DNA from: Cyanophora paradoxa CCMP329 | Lineage: Eukaryota > Plantae > Glaucophyta | NCBI GenBank assembly: GCA_004431415.1 | Contig: QPMI01000116.1 | Coordinates: forward strand, 186,001-250,000 | Direction of reading: 5' to 3' | DNA: 64,000 nt | In this document: piece by piece, positions 12,901 through 23,480 of the stretch | Position numbering within the stretch: the stretch's first letter is position 1 | How the letters are laid out: the number at the start of each line of letters is the position of its first letter | Program-made: the position numbers and the translations under genes | The notes under the pieces: model-generated | The model's input: the letters and a program-made list of their open reading frames with translations, nothing else | Database searches by the model: none | Told to the model about the DNA's origin: nothing

Positions 12901-15263
12901 CTTCTTCCCCCCTCTCGGCTCAGATCAGATCTGATCTGAGCCGCGGCTCGGCTCAGGCGATCCCGGACGAGGCGATGGAGCAGCTGCTGGGGGCCGGGGC
13001 GGGGCGCGGCTGGGCCTCCTTCCTCCCCTTCTCCTGGCGCCGGTCCGCTTTCCCCCATCTTCCTCCTCCTTCTCCTCCCCCCCTTAGAGTTGCCGGGCCG
13101 CAGGCCGCGGGGCCTGCTGGACGGAATCATCGCTGTGCTCTGGATGCCCCTCGGCCTCCTCCTGGGCACCCTCCGCGTGCGCTGTACCCCTCCCACCCCC
13201 CGCTCACCCGCCCCTCTGGAGCCGGTCTCCGATGTTAAGAGCGCGCGCAGGCCGTGGCGTGGCGGGTCCGCGAGGTCGAGCGCCTGGGCGACGCCGCCTG
13301 GTGGATCGCGTCGTCCTCCGTCCGCCCTTTTGACACTTTGAACCGCGTACCCCCGAGCCGTCCCTGAAGCGTGCGGGCGGGCGGGGGTACAGGACGAGGC
13401 GGACTTCTACACGCGCTTCACGCCGCTCTTCGAGCTCTACCGCCGCCGCCGCGCCGTGCGCCCCCCCCCCCCCCCCCCCCCCCCGAGCCCCGCCCCGCGC
13501 GAGCTCGGATCTGATGGGACCTCGGACGGGCAGGCCTACCTCACGGGTACGCTGGACCTCGCCAAGCGTGTCGCCGTCAGGTACCCCCCCTCGTCTCCCC
13601 CCCCCCCGCCTTCCGCCCCCTGAGGCTCCCGCGCCGCAGCTGCCTCCTAGGAGTGCTCTCCGTGCTTCCCGCCGGCGCCAACGCGACCGTCGGCCTCGCC
13701 GCCCTCGTCGCCATCTGCGCGGTACCGTACCCCCCCTCCCTTCTTCCGCTTCGACTCGAACCGGTACCCCCCGGGGCAGGCCTTCCTGGCGTACCTTCTG
13801 CTCTCGCGCCCGTACATCAACCCGCTGGACGGCGCCGTGCAGGCCCTCGCCTCGGGACTCGAGCTCGCCATCTTCTGCGCCCTCCTCGCCCGCCACCTCC
13901 TGGTACATTTCATTCAGACTAACTAACTTTGGTTCCAAAGCCCATAGCTTTATATTCCTTCTAAAAGAACCTATCTGATGAGTATCGTTACCAAGCCCGC
14001 CACCTCCTCGTGCCCTCCGCTTCGTTCGATCGGCTCCGCTTCGCGCCCTTCGAATTCGGCCCGCGAGTCTCTGACCGGCCGGCGCCCCCGCAGTCCCTCC
14101 GCTCGCCCTCCGACCCGCCCCCCGACATCCGTGCGCCCCCTGGCCCCTCGCTGCCCCCCCCTCCCCCCCCCGCCTCCGACCCCCCCCCTTCGTTCGCAGT
14201 GCCGGCGCTGCTCGTCTTCAACGGCGCGCTCGCGTTCCTTCTGGTCGCCAACCAGCTCCGCTCCCTCCGCGCCCTCCTCCTCGTCCGTACCCCCCCGCCC
14301 TCCCTCCTCCCTTTCTCCCTCCCCTCGCCCCCCGCTCACTTGGGCGTTTGAAAAGGCTCTTGTGCGGGCGGCGGCCTCTCTTCGGGGCCTGCCGCGCCCC
14401 GCCGCCATCCGCGCCCTCCGCCGCGGCCTCGCCCCCGCCGCCGTCGCCGAGGTACCCCTCCCCCGAGCGCTTCCTCCTGCTCAGATCAGATCAGATCTGA
14501 TCTGATCCGAGGGCTCGCGCAGGCAATGGCACGGCAGGGGACGCCGCAGGTCCGCTCGGGGCGCCTCTCGCCCGTCTCGGCCGCCGTGTCGGGGGCCGAG
14601 GACCCCGCCGCCGGGGCGTACCCCCGCCGCGACTCGGACCCGGGATCGCGTACCCCCCCGGGACGGCCCGGGCCGCTGTGGGCTCTGGGGAAGGCCGCCG
14701 CCGTCCCGCGGCCGCCCTCGCGCTCCAGCTCGTTCAAGCTCGTGGCGTACCCCCTCCCCCCGCCCCGCCCCCGCCCCCGCCGGAGCCGGCCGCCCGCAAC
14801 GGCGGCGAGCGCCCGCCGCGCCCCGCGGAGGCCGCGACGCCGCCCCGCCGGCCCTCTTCCACCTCCTCCCTCGGGGTCCCCCGCTCGCCCGCCGCCGTGG
14901 CCCGGCCCCGGCCCCGCCCGCCCCGCGCTTTCCCCGGCGCGAGCCGCCCACGCCGCCCCCGCGCGGCTGCCGCCCCTGCAGGGCCGGCCCCGCCCGCGCT
15001 CCCCGCCTCGGGCTCCTTCGGCCCCCGCGGGCGCGCCCTGCCGCCCTCTCCCCCGCCGCCCGCCGCGCCTCTGCGCCCGACGTCGCGCAGCTCCTCGGGA
15101 GGCCCTCGTGGGCGGTGGGCCCCCCGAGGGCCCGCCCCCGGCCCCGCCGCCGCCGCCGGCCCCGGCAGAGCCCGCGGCGGATTCCCCGCCGCCGCCGCCG
15201 CCCACGGCTTTCCAGGCGCCTCTGCCTTTGTACCCAGGAGACCCCAACCTGCCCACCTCGGAC

Positions 15264-15295
<32 letters not shown>

Positions 15296-16181
15296 GGCGG
15301 CGGCAAGCCCCCTCGGCTTCTACGACTCGTGGGAGGCGCCCCCTTGCGGCCCGCTCACGCCCGCGGCCGCCGCCGAGCTCCCGCTGCACGCCCCAAGCCT
15401 CGGCTCCGCGGTTCTCGAGACGCCGACGCCGACGCCGGGGGGCGCGGGGGGCGCGCACGCGCCGGCCTCGGCTGAGCTGTGGTCGGATTGGGGCAGCCCG
15501 CGGCCGGCCGTCGCCCGCTCCTTCTTCTTCGTCCCAGCGCCCGAAGACGACGAGGACCAGGACGGGGCCGCCGGCCTCGAGGCGCTCCTGCGGCGCTCCT
15601 CGAGGCTGCTGGCCTCGGGGGAGGAGGGGAGGCCGAGGCGGCGCTCGAGCGCGCGCTCGCGGCGGCGCTGCGGGAGCTGCGGGGGCCCCGGAGGGCGGCG
15701 GCGGCCGGCGCCGGCGCCGGCGCCGGCGCCGAGGGGCGGGAGGAGGAGGCGGAGGCGGAGGAGGAGCTGGCGGCGCTGGCGCGGCGCCTGGAGGCGCGGC
15801 GCGCGCGGCGCGGGGCGGCGCCGGCGCCGGCCGCGGCCGACTTTGACGCGGGGGGCCTCCTCGAGGCCCTCTGGCGCCGCGTCGCCCTCCGCCGGCAGCG
15901 CCGCGGGGCCGACCGGCGCGCCGGCGCCGGCGCCGGGCCGGGGCCGGGGCCGGCGCCGGGGCCGGGGCGGGGACTTGCCCCCTGACGACCCCCGCCGCAT
16001 CGAGTGGCTCCTGGGCGGGCGCGGGCCCCTGCCCGGCCCCCCGAGCCCGCCCCCTCCCCCACGCCCCCCCCTTGCCCGTGGCGTACTGTTTTTGATCTCT
16101 GCACTTTTTTGCAGTCTGCTTCGATTCTTTTTCTCAGAGTCTTTTTCGCTTTCAAGGTATCCTCTTGTAATTATCATATAG
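3977..16181 (+). CDS. Gene B: large multi-exon receptor-like membrane protein (signal peptide, CUB, LamG, Kelch beta-propeller, PKD-like repeat, multi-pass TM region, Pro-rich tail)
   Basis: Leader WGLLLLLAARASGQ. CUB QDGSGAASYAPNLDLAW|RIWAPEG..FATEGGLDFVAVYDG..VTFHSDSEGSAEGFSATY (4200-4576). LamG WLHLALT..RLYASG..ADVRLWSAALS..LYLPL (5995-6350). Kelch repeats PSPREAH..TLWSIGG, VYAYGG, PARGGH..LWVAFG, PTPRQYP..FYAFGG, VAFAG..WNDLY (6570-8592). PKD-like LALDGSGS..CAWAQLAGP..GAYLFELSVED (9950-10190). Several hydrophobic exons 11180-14285, including FTPLFELYR and LLLSRPY. 3' end approximate because of frameshifts in G/C runs. Confidence 0.85.
8552..9101 (+). repeat. Degenerate tandem re-duplication of exon end + donor inside a gene B intron
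   Basis: GGAACGA(C/T)CTCTA(C/T)CT(C/T)GCCTC..ACCGTGCGCC occurs at ~8563, ~8693 and ~8858. TGAGAGGGCTCTGAGCCCTCGGGCC occurs at ~8974 and ~9076. Confidence 0.85.
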
Positions 16182-16763
16182 TATTGAGATCTTGTAATTA
16201 TCATAGTATTGAGATGGATAGGCCTTCCGAGCTGCGTCGCGAGAAGATCAAACAGCCTGCTTTTCTGTATTCGCTTATTCTGTATGCGTGCCGGCTTTTC
16301 GCGCTGATCATGATCATGAATCAAGGCCTTCGAATTTCACCTTTCTTTTCCTTCTTCATTGTGTGATTACACAGCTTGATTTCATGGCCATTTGAGAATG
16401 TGCTCAATTTCAATCCGTCGATATCGATATCGCCCTTCTGCAGGGAGGCGACACTGTACATGTGACAGCCCGCCGACAGGGGCCAGGCAGCTGCAGCGCT
16501 AGCCCAGGCCGCCGGGCCCCGAGCCCGGATCGGCCTGCAGCTGAGATCCGGGAGGGCGCATGCGCACCGTATACGTAGGACATGGGATCGGACGCACGGA
16601 CCGGACATTGAGAAGCGCGCGCGCGCGTACGCGTCTGCGCATCGTGCTCATGGCATGCATGCGCGCGCTTGCAATTGCCATCTGCCCGCGCGCTCTTATT
16701 GTCGTTTTTGGTTGTGGGCACGTGCGCATGCGCCGCGGCGCAGAGCGCGCCGCGGCGCACGGC

Positions 16764-18855
16764 ATGCGCACCGGTACCCCGGCCCGGACCCGGGCCCCCG
16801 GGCCGCCCCCCACAGCCGCAGCCCCAGCGGATAGCAGCGCGATGCACGATGCCAGAGAAGATCCAGGCGAACAGAGTCCGTTCGACGGGCTGCCCAGAGA
16901 GATCCTGTCGCTGATCATCGAGTGCCTCGGCTTGCAATGCGCGGCCAGCGCGAGGGCAGTGTCCTCCAGTTGGCGCGAGGCAGCAGACGCGGTGCAGTGG
17001 AGGTGGCTGGAACTCACGACTCGGCGCGCGGCGCGCGCGGAACAGCTGGCGATGACGATCGTTCCGGCTGCAGCTGCGGCCGCGGCGCCCGATCATGATC
17101 AGGCGGCCGCGGCCGGCGAAGCCCGCGGCCGTTGGATCCGCCTGGCCGCCGGCGCGTGCGTCTGCTTGGAGTTCAGCGGCCCCGGAGACTTGAACGATGC
17201 CGAGGACGCCGAGCTGATCATGATCATAAGCTGGGGCGTGGCGCTCAAGCTCGTCGCGGCGTGCGCGGCGGCGAGCGGCGCCGGCGGCCTGGGGGGCCTG
17301 GAGCTCTCCTGCCAGCGCTCGTCGAGCTGCTGCGCCGGAGACCTCCTGCGCGCCCTCGCCCCGCCAGCGCCGCCCGGAGAATGCGCATGCGCGCAGGGCG
17401 CGCTCCGGTACCTCCGCCTCACCGGCAGCGACCGCAGCAGCTACAGCCCCAGCGGCGAGTCGCGGCAGTGCTCCGGCCTGCCCGCCGGCCTCGAGGATCT
17501 CCTGCGGCCCTTCCCGCGCCTCGAGGTCCTCGACCTTCCCTCGTGCTGCACCGCCGACGCCAGCGCTGTCTCCGCCCTCGCCCGCTCCCTCCCGCGCCTC
17601 AGGGAGGTCCGTAAACGTCCGCCCGCCTGCTTCTGCACTCTGCTGATCGGGGGGCACACCAGCTGCAGCTGGGGTTCGCCCCGGGCCTCGAGTGCGCGGC
17701 GGGCCTGGCGCCGCTGGCCGCCCTCGAGATCCTCGACCTGAAGGGCCGCCCGGGAGACGTGCCCGACCTCGCCCCCGTCCTCGAGGGCCTCGCCGCCGGG
17801 CCCGCCGCCCGCTCCCTCCAGCGGTGCGCCCCTAAACTAAGCTCTCCTCTGCTCTGCTTTGCTCTACTTTGCTGAAGCTAAGCTACACTAGAAACAGATC
17901 CTGTACTTTCTCCAAATCTTAACAGCTCTGAAGCTTAGTTCGCTAATCAAGCTTTTCCCGTCAGCATCCAGGGCGACGGGGAGCTGACGGAGTTCGGCCT
18001 ACGCGCCCTCCCGCGCCTCACCGCGCTGCGCTCGCTGCACGGGCAGTACGCGGTGCGCAAATTTCGAAGTCGCCCCGCCGGACTCGAACTCGAATTTGAT
18101 CCCGAATTTGATCTCCTCCTCTGCAGGTGGACGGGTCCGTCCCCGCGGCGGCCCTCGCCGCGCTGGCCGCCTGCCCGTCCCTCCGCCGCGTCGGGATACT
18201 CTACCTCCTCTTCTTCGGCCCCGAGGGCGAGGAGGCGGTACCCCTGCTCGCGGAGCTCCTCGCCGGCTTCCGGGCGGCCTTGGAGCGTACCACCTTCCTC
18301 CACCTCGATCTCAGCATCCGTGCGCGCGATTTTCCATCTTCTGACTTCCGCTCGCTCTGGCGTCAACCGTCGGTCGCGCGCGCGCGGCAGATTTGCCGCC
18401 CTCCTCGTCGGCCTTTGCGGCCCTGGCGGCCCTCGTGCGGGCGGCCGGGCCCAACCGCCTGGATCTCTCGCTCGACCTGAACTTCAGGGACGGCGGGGCC
18501 GGCCTGCCGGCCGACCCCGCCGCCTCCGGCGCCCTCTGCGACGCTTTCCTCGCCGCCCCGCCCCTCTGCGTCGCCTTCTACGTCACCGCCGACCCGCCGG
18601 CCGTCGCCGCCGGCCGCCTCGCCGCCCTCGCCGCCTTCGAGGGGTGCTCCGCCCTCAAAGACTTCGAGGCCCGTCCCTCCCTCGCCCTGCCCAGGCCTGC
18701 GCCTGCGCCTAAGTCTAAGCCTAAGCCTCTGGGCGCAGGTTCGGCTCCGGCTGGGCTCTCCCGAAGAATTCGCGGAGGCGGGCCCGGCGGCCGCCGAGGC
18801 CGTCCGGCGCGCCCTCCCCTTAGCTCAACTGGATCTGCTGAATTTACTGAGCTGA
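16764..18855 (+). CDS. Gene C: F-box protein with LRR-like C-terminal region
   Basis: F-box motif PFDGLPREILSLIIECLGLQCAASARAVSSSWREAA (~16878-16985). LRR-like segments FPRLEVLDLP, LPRLRE, LPRLTALRSL, CPSLRRVG. Last exon 18739-18855 VRLRLGSPEEF..LLNLLS*. Start may be 16764 or 16842. Confidence 0.85.
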
Positions 18856-19280
18856 ATGATCTAGAATTGAGCTTGGCGAGTTAGTTGAATGAGCTGTTGA
18901 GCTTCAAGCTTCGCCCCGGGCGCGGGCCCGCTGGCGACTTTGCCGAGAAAAGTTAAACCTCGAAACATGGGACGCCGCCTCGCGATCGGGGGAGGGGGGG
19001 GGGGGGGGGGGGGGGGCCGACGCCTCGGCCGCCTCCTTTCTCCCTCGAGCTTCCCCCCCCCCCCCCCCCCCCCGTCTCCTCAGCGCCTACATCTTGTGCC
19101 GATCCATGCATATGGGCCGACTCGCTCCATGCGCCAGGCTCAGGCGCGCGCGGATCCCCGCGGCACGCGGATCGGTCCGCGGATCGGTCTGCAGCTGCGT
19201 GTAGAGCCGCGAGGCTCGCGCCAGCTAGCGAGCCTGCCGCGCTGGCGCGTTGATATATATCGATCATCAATCGGTAGACG

Positions 19281-19600
19281 TAATCTATTTAAGCTACAAT
19301 GACGCATCTATATAGCTACATGTACAAGGTCCGAAATCCTCAGAGAATACTATAAAAGTTCGTACGTACAGATCAAGGCCAGTCGGCCGGAATGAGGCCG
19401 GGGGGGCAGCAACGCTCGGGCCGCGGGATCGGACGCTGGTCGACGGGCCGACTTAATCTATTTAAGCTACAACGATGACGCACGTACATGTACACATTCA
19501 TGCAAGAGAATACTATGAAAGTTATAGAGATCGAGGCCAGGCCTGGCCGCGGGCCAGCCGGCCAGAACGAGGCCGGGGGTCAGCAACGCTCGGGCCGCGG
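19281..19600. repeat. ~173-bp imperfect tandem duplication downstream of gene D
   Basis: TAATCTATTTAAGCTACAA at 19281 and 19454. AGAGAATACTAT(A/G)AAAGTT twice. CAGCAACGCTCGGGCCGCGG at ~19407 and 19581. Confidence 0.85.
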
Positions 19601-19654
19601 TCAGGAGGGCCGCCGGGGCGAGCCGAGCCCGACCGAGAGCGGCGGGGCCCGCTC

Positions 19655-22600
19655 TTACCAGCTCGGGGGGTACTCGAGCCCGGGCGGGGCGGGCGAGGCG
19701 GGCGCGGGGACGACCCCGTAGACGGGTATGTTGTAGAGCAGCTGGAAGGCGGCCCCGGGGGGCGGGCCCGGCGGCCCCGGCGGGCCGGGTGTCTGTGGCC
19801 AGAGCACGTGGTGGGCGTAGGAGCCGGGGGCGGGGGCGGGAACGGGCGTGCGGGGCTCCGAGGCGGGCCCCGGCGGCTTGGGCAGGATAGGCCGCCCCAG
19901 GCGGGGGTCCTGGTAGGGCATCACCTAACGTAAACGACAAGCATTAAAACAATTAGGAAGCTATAAGAAAGAATCAAAGAAAGAGAGAGGGGACCTGGAA
20001 GGGGACCTCGAGCTTGGGGGCGATGGGGCGCGCGGAGGCGGCCGAGGGGCGCGCCTCCGCCACCTGACGCAAGGACACGATCAGCTCTGAAACAGCAGCA
20101 ACAACGAGCTTGCTTTCGACTAACGACAGGAAGGAGCGGCCGCCCACCTTCCGCTTGCCCCTCCGCCGCTTCGCCGCCGCCTCCAGGAGCGAGCGCGCCG
20201 TCACCACGTCTGTCAGGCGGGCGGGCGGGCGGGCGGGTCGGACGCGCCCCAAACGAGCAGAGTTGGGCGGGGCCGGACGCACCGGCGGCGGTGGGCGTGT
20301 AGTCTGCTTCGGGGTCGGAGCGGGACCGGAGATCGTCCAAGAAGGTGGGCGCCGGCTCCCCCGCGCCCCCGCCCGCGCCCGCGCCCGCGCCAGGCGGCCT
20401 GCGCCGATACGCGACGAGAGCAGCAGTCAGCGGGCCGGCCGGTCTGCCGGTCGGCCGAAGCAACAGGGGCGAGCGGGCGCGCGCACGAGTGGGGCGCCGA
20501 GACGTGCCCGCGCGCGTGCGCCGGCTCGGGCTCGGGCTCCTTCGTGAGCGACATGCTCGCCACCCGAAGCGACAGGTCCAGGCTCACGCGCTGCCCGCAA
20601 GAAAGGAAGCGTGAGAAGGGGGGACGGAGCCGGGCCGGGGGCCGGGAAGTGGGGGGGGGGTACCGCACCATCGCCTCGGCGACCTTGACGACGCTCTCCT
20701 CGTCCTCCAGCACGTGCACCTGCGGCGGGAGGGGGGTACGCCCCACGTCAGGCGAGGCGGGGTACGGCGTTCTGGGAGGGGGAGGGGGGTACGCGCCTCC
20801 TCGCGCATCTCCTGCGGGGACTCGGGGTCGAGGGCGTCACGCCCCGGCGGGGGTACCGGCGGCTGGATGCCCATCAGCGTGAAGAACATCTGACGCGGCT
20901 CGGATCAGATCAGATCAGATCAGATCAGATCGGACCGAATCGGATCGGATCAGATCAGACCATACCTCGTTGGTGGGGGAGGGCGCGGGGGCCAGGGCCT
21001 GCCCCGGGGCGGAGGAGGAGGAGGGGGAGGGGTCCGGGGCGGCGGAGCGGGGCGCGATCTGGGGGCGGTACGAGTGGACTACGTGGCTTGGGCCCGAGCA
21101 GGCGGAGGAGAAGGGGGACGAGGGGGAATGCTCCGCCTGCGGGAAGAGCGTCAGCGCGGCCAGAACCAGATCGGATCGGATCAGATCTGATCTGAGGACC
21201 TGGGAGGAGGAGGACCCGGCTGGCCCGTGAGGCTCGTCGGCGGCGATGGCGAGGCCGCGGGCGCGGTAGGAGAACGGGGCGGAGGCCGAGCCCGAGGCAA
21301 AGGGCAGGCGCCGGGGCAGGGGCAGTGGGAGGGAGGAGCCGCCGAGGGCGGCCCACTCGCGGGCCGCGACGCGCTTGACGCCGAGCACGAAGACTACGCA
21401 GAGGCCCGAGAAGAGCTTCGTGCTCACTGCCCGGCGGAGGAGAAGGGAGTGAGTGAGATGAGTTTGGGAGCGGATGGAGGGCGAGAGAGGGCGCAGGCGG
21501 GCGGCTAGCTGGCGCGAGCAACGCGCTAGGCGCCCCCATCAGATCGAACTGATTCCGCTGTTTCCAGCGCCCCGCGATTGGCTAACAGCCGGCGCTATCG
21601 GCTAACATGGCGCTAGTTTAAGCGGGCGCTATCGGCTAACAGCGAACAGCGAACAGCCAACAGCGGACAGCGGACAGCTAAGCCGGGCGGGGCGCGGGGC
21701 GGGGCGCACGGGAGGACGTGAGGTAGCGCGCGATCGCCGCCTCCGATTCCGAGAAGAGCGAGAGGTACGTGAATCTTTGGGGGGGGAGAGGAGAGGGGGG
21801 TACGCGTTGGACGGACGGGGGCCGCCGGGCCGCTGGGCGGGCGGGCGGGGCGCGCGCGCACCGGCAGCCGTTGGGCGTCGGCGCCACGTGCCGCACGTTC
21901 AGCACCCGCCGCTTCTCGAGAAACCGCCGCGTCGTCCTGCATTCGGGTACCCCTGTAAGAGGGGGGGTGGGGGGTAGGTTTGGGTGGATGGGGGCTACCA
22001 GGTGCCGTCCTGGAGCTCGGCGGGGAGCTTGATTGACATCGCGCTCCCGTCCTCCAGCCTGCGGGGCGCCGCTCGAGAGGGATGGGGAGCAAGCAGGGAG
22101 GGGTACGCCACACCGCCGCGAGGCGTACATCATAAGGCTGTCGACTCTGCGCGCGGCGGCTAGCGCTCAGGGGCGGGGCGGGCGGGCGAGCGGCCGGGCG
22201 GGCGCCGAGGCGGGCGGGAAAAACTTCAGCTTAAGCTTCTATCTTAACAAGCTTCTATTTTAAGCTTAAGCTTCTATCTTAACAAGCTCCTATCTCAACA
22301 AGCTTAAGAAAAACAAGCCTGAAGCTTCTATCTAGGAACGTTGGGCGGGCTGGCGGGCGGGGGCGCCGGGACGCACCGCCAGCCGAACCACGCGGTGCGC
22401 GTCTCGTGGATCGCAACGCCGCCGAGCCCGTCCGGATCCGCCCACGACGCCTCCTCGAGGACCTCGGTGACGCCGTCGCTCACGACGAACTCCGTCAGCT
22501 CGTCGCCGCGCGAGCGCGCCACGAAGCACTGCGCCGCGAAGCCGGCCGGGACCTCCAGATCCACCACGATGCCTGCCCGCCGCCGCCCCGCAGTCAGTGA

Positions 22601-23067
22601 GCTCAAGGCATGCACACCGGTCGGGGCCCTGGAGCGGCGCGGGCGGCGGGGCGCGGCGGGGAGGGGTGCGGGCGCACGGAACCACCTCCAACGCGACGGC
22701 TTCCCGCCCTCCAGGTGCCGCCTGCGGTTAGGGGCGGTCGGGACTCGGGACCGAAGCGATCAGACTAGTACTGCGACCATGAAGGTCGCGCAAGCGTGGC
22801 CACTTGGCGAGACGCCAGATGTGGCGACAGACGCCAGATGTGGCGCCGACAGACCGCCCAACGTTGCTAAAGGCAGCGTAACGCGCAACGCACTGGCACT
22901 GCACTTCCACATCCTCGTGCACGAGAGCCGTGCGCCAGTCGCTCTTCCCGAAGCCGTTCTCTTGTACGAGCGCGAAGACCTGCACGAAAATCACCAATGG
23001 ATCGCGAAGGATCGCTCCCGGCCACCGGCACCTCGTCGAGGTGCCCAGCGTCGTACGGCGCCGGCAT
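19655..23067 (-). CDS. Gene D: multi-exon hypothetical protein with Pro-rich C-terminus and basic KRRRGKRK patch
   Basis: Chain of exons bounded by GT/GC-AG: MPAPYDAGHLDEV.., VFALVQENGFGKSDWRTALVHEDVEV, GIVVDLEVPAGFAAQCFVAR..TAWFGW, FTYLSLFSESEAAIARYL, MFFTLMGIQPP, VHVLEDEESVVKVAEAM, final exon MPYQDPRLGRPILPKPP..YPPSW*. No domain recognised. Confidence 0.65.
22219..22341 (-). repeat. Intronic dispersed repeat core, copy 1 (in gene D intron 22147-22376)
   Basis: Reverse complement reads ACGTTCCTAGATAGAAGCTTCAGGCTTGTT...GTTAAGATAGAAGCTTAAGCTGAAGTTTTT, matching 43237-43339. Confidence 0.85.
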
Positions 23068-23480
23068 GGGCGCGGCGCGCCGCGCTAGCGCTGCTGCCGA
23101 CTCGCCGCCCTCCTCAACAAGGCGTCCCTGATTGCTTTCCTATGTATGCCATGCAAAGCTGCCGCTGCTAACGGCTGCAGGCTCCAGCTTGCTCAGCTTA
23201 GCTTAAGCTTGCAGACGTGCCTTGCACGCACGCGCGATCTATTGTGTACTCGACCGCTGCGCCGATTCCGCTTCGGGGGGTAGTGCCACAGTGGGCGGGG
23301 GGGGGGGGGCGGGGGGGGGGAAGCCGCTCGCTTTTCATCCGCGCGCCGTCCCGCCGAGAACCCCACAATTGCAAGACCGCGCGCGTTGAAAGCTGAGCCC
23401 TGCGCGCGCACGCTCCAAACCCGCGCGCGTACCGCAGGGGCGCATTCGCAGTCGGCGAGCAGAGGATCGAGCAACGCCGC

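Noticed and set aside
9440-16000. Frameshifts in genes B, D, F, G and H interpreted as pseudogenes or programmed frameshifting
   Set aside because: Most fall in or near G/C homopolymers or low-complexity runs, as expected for long-read consensus indels. They cannot be called biological without read data.
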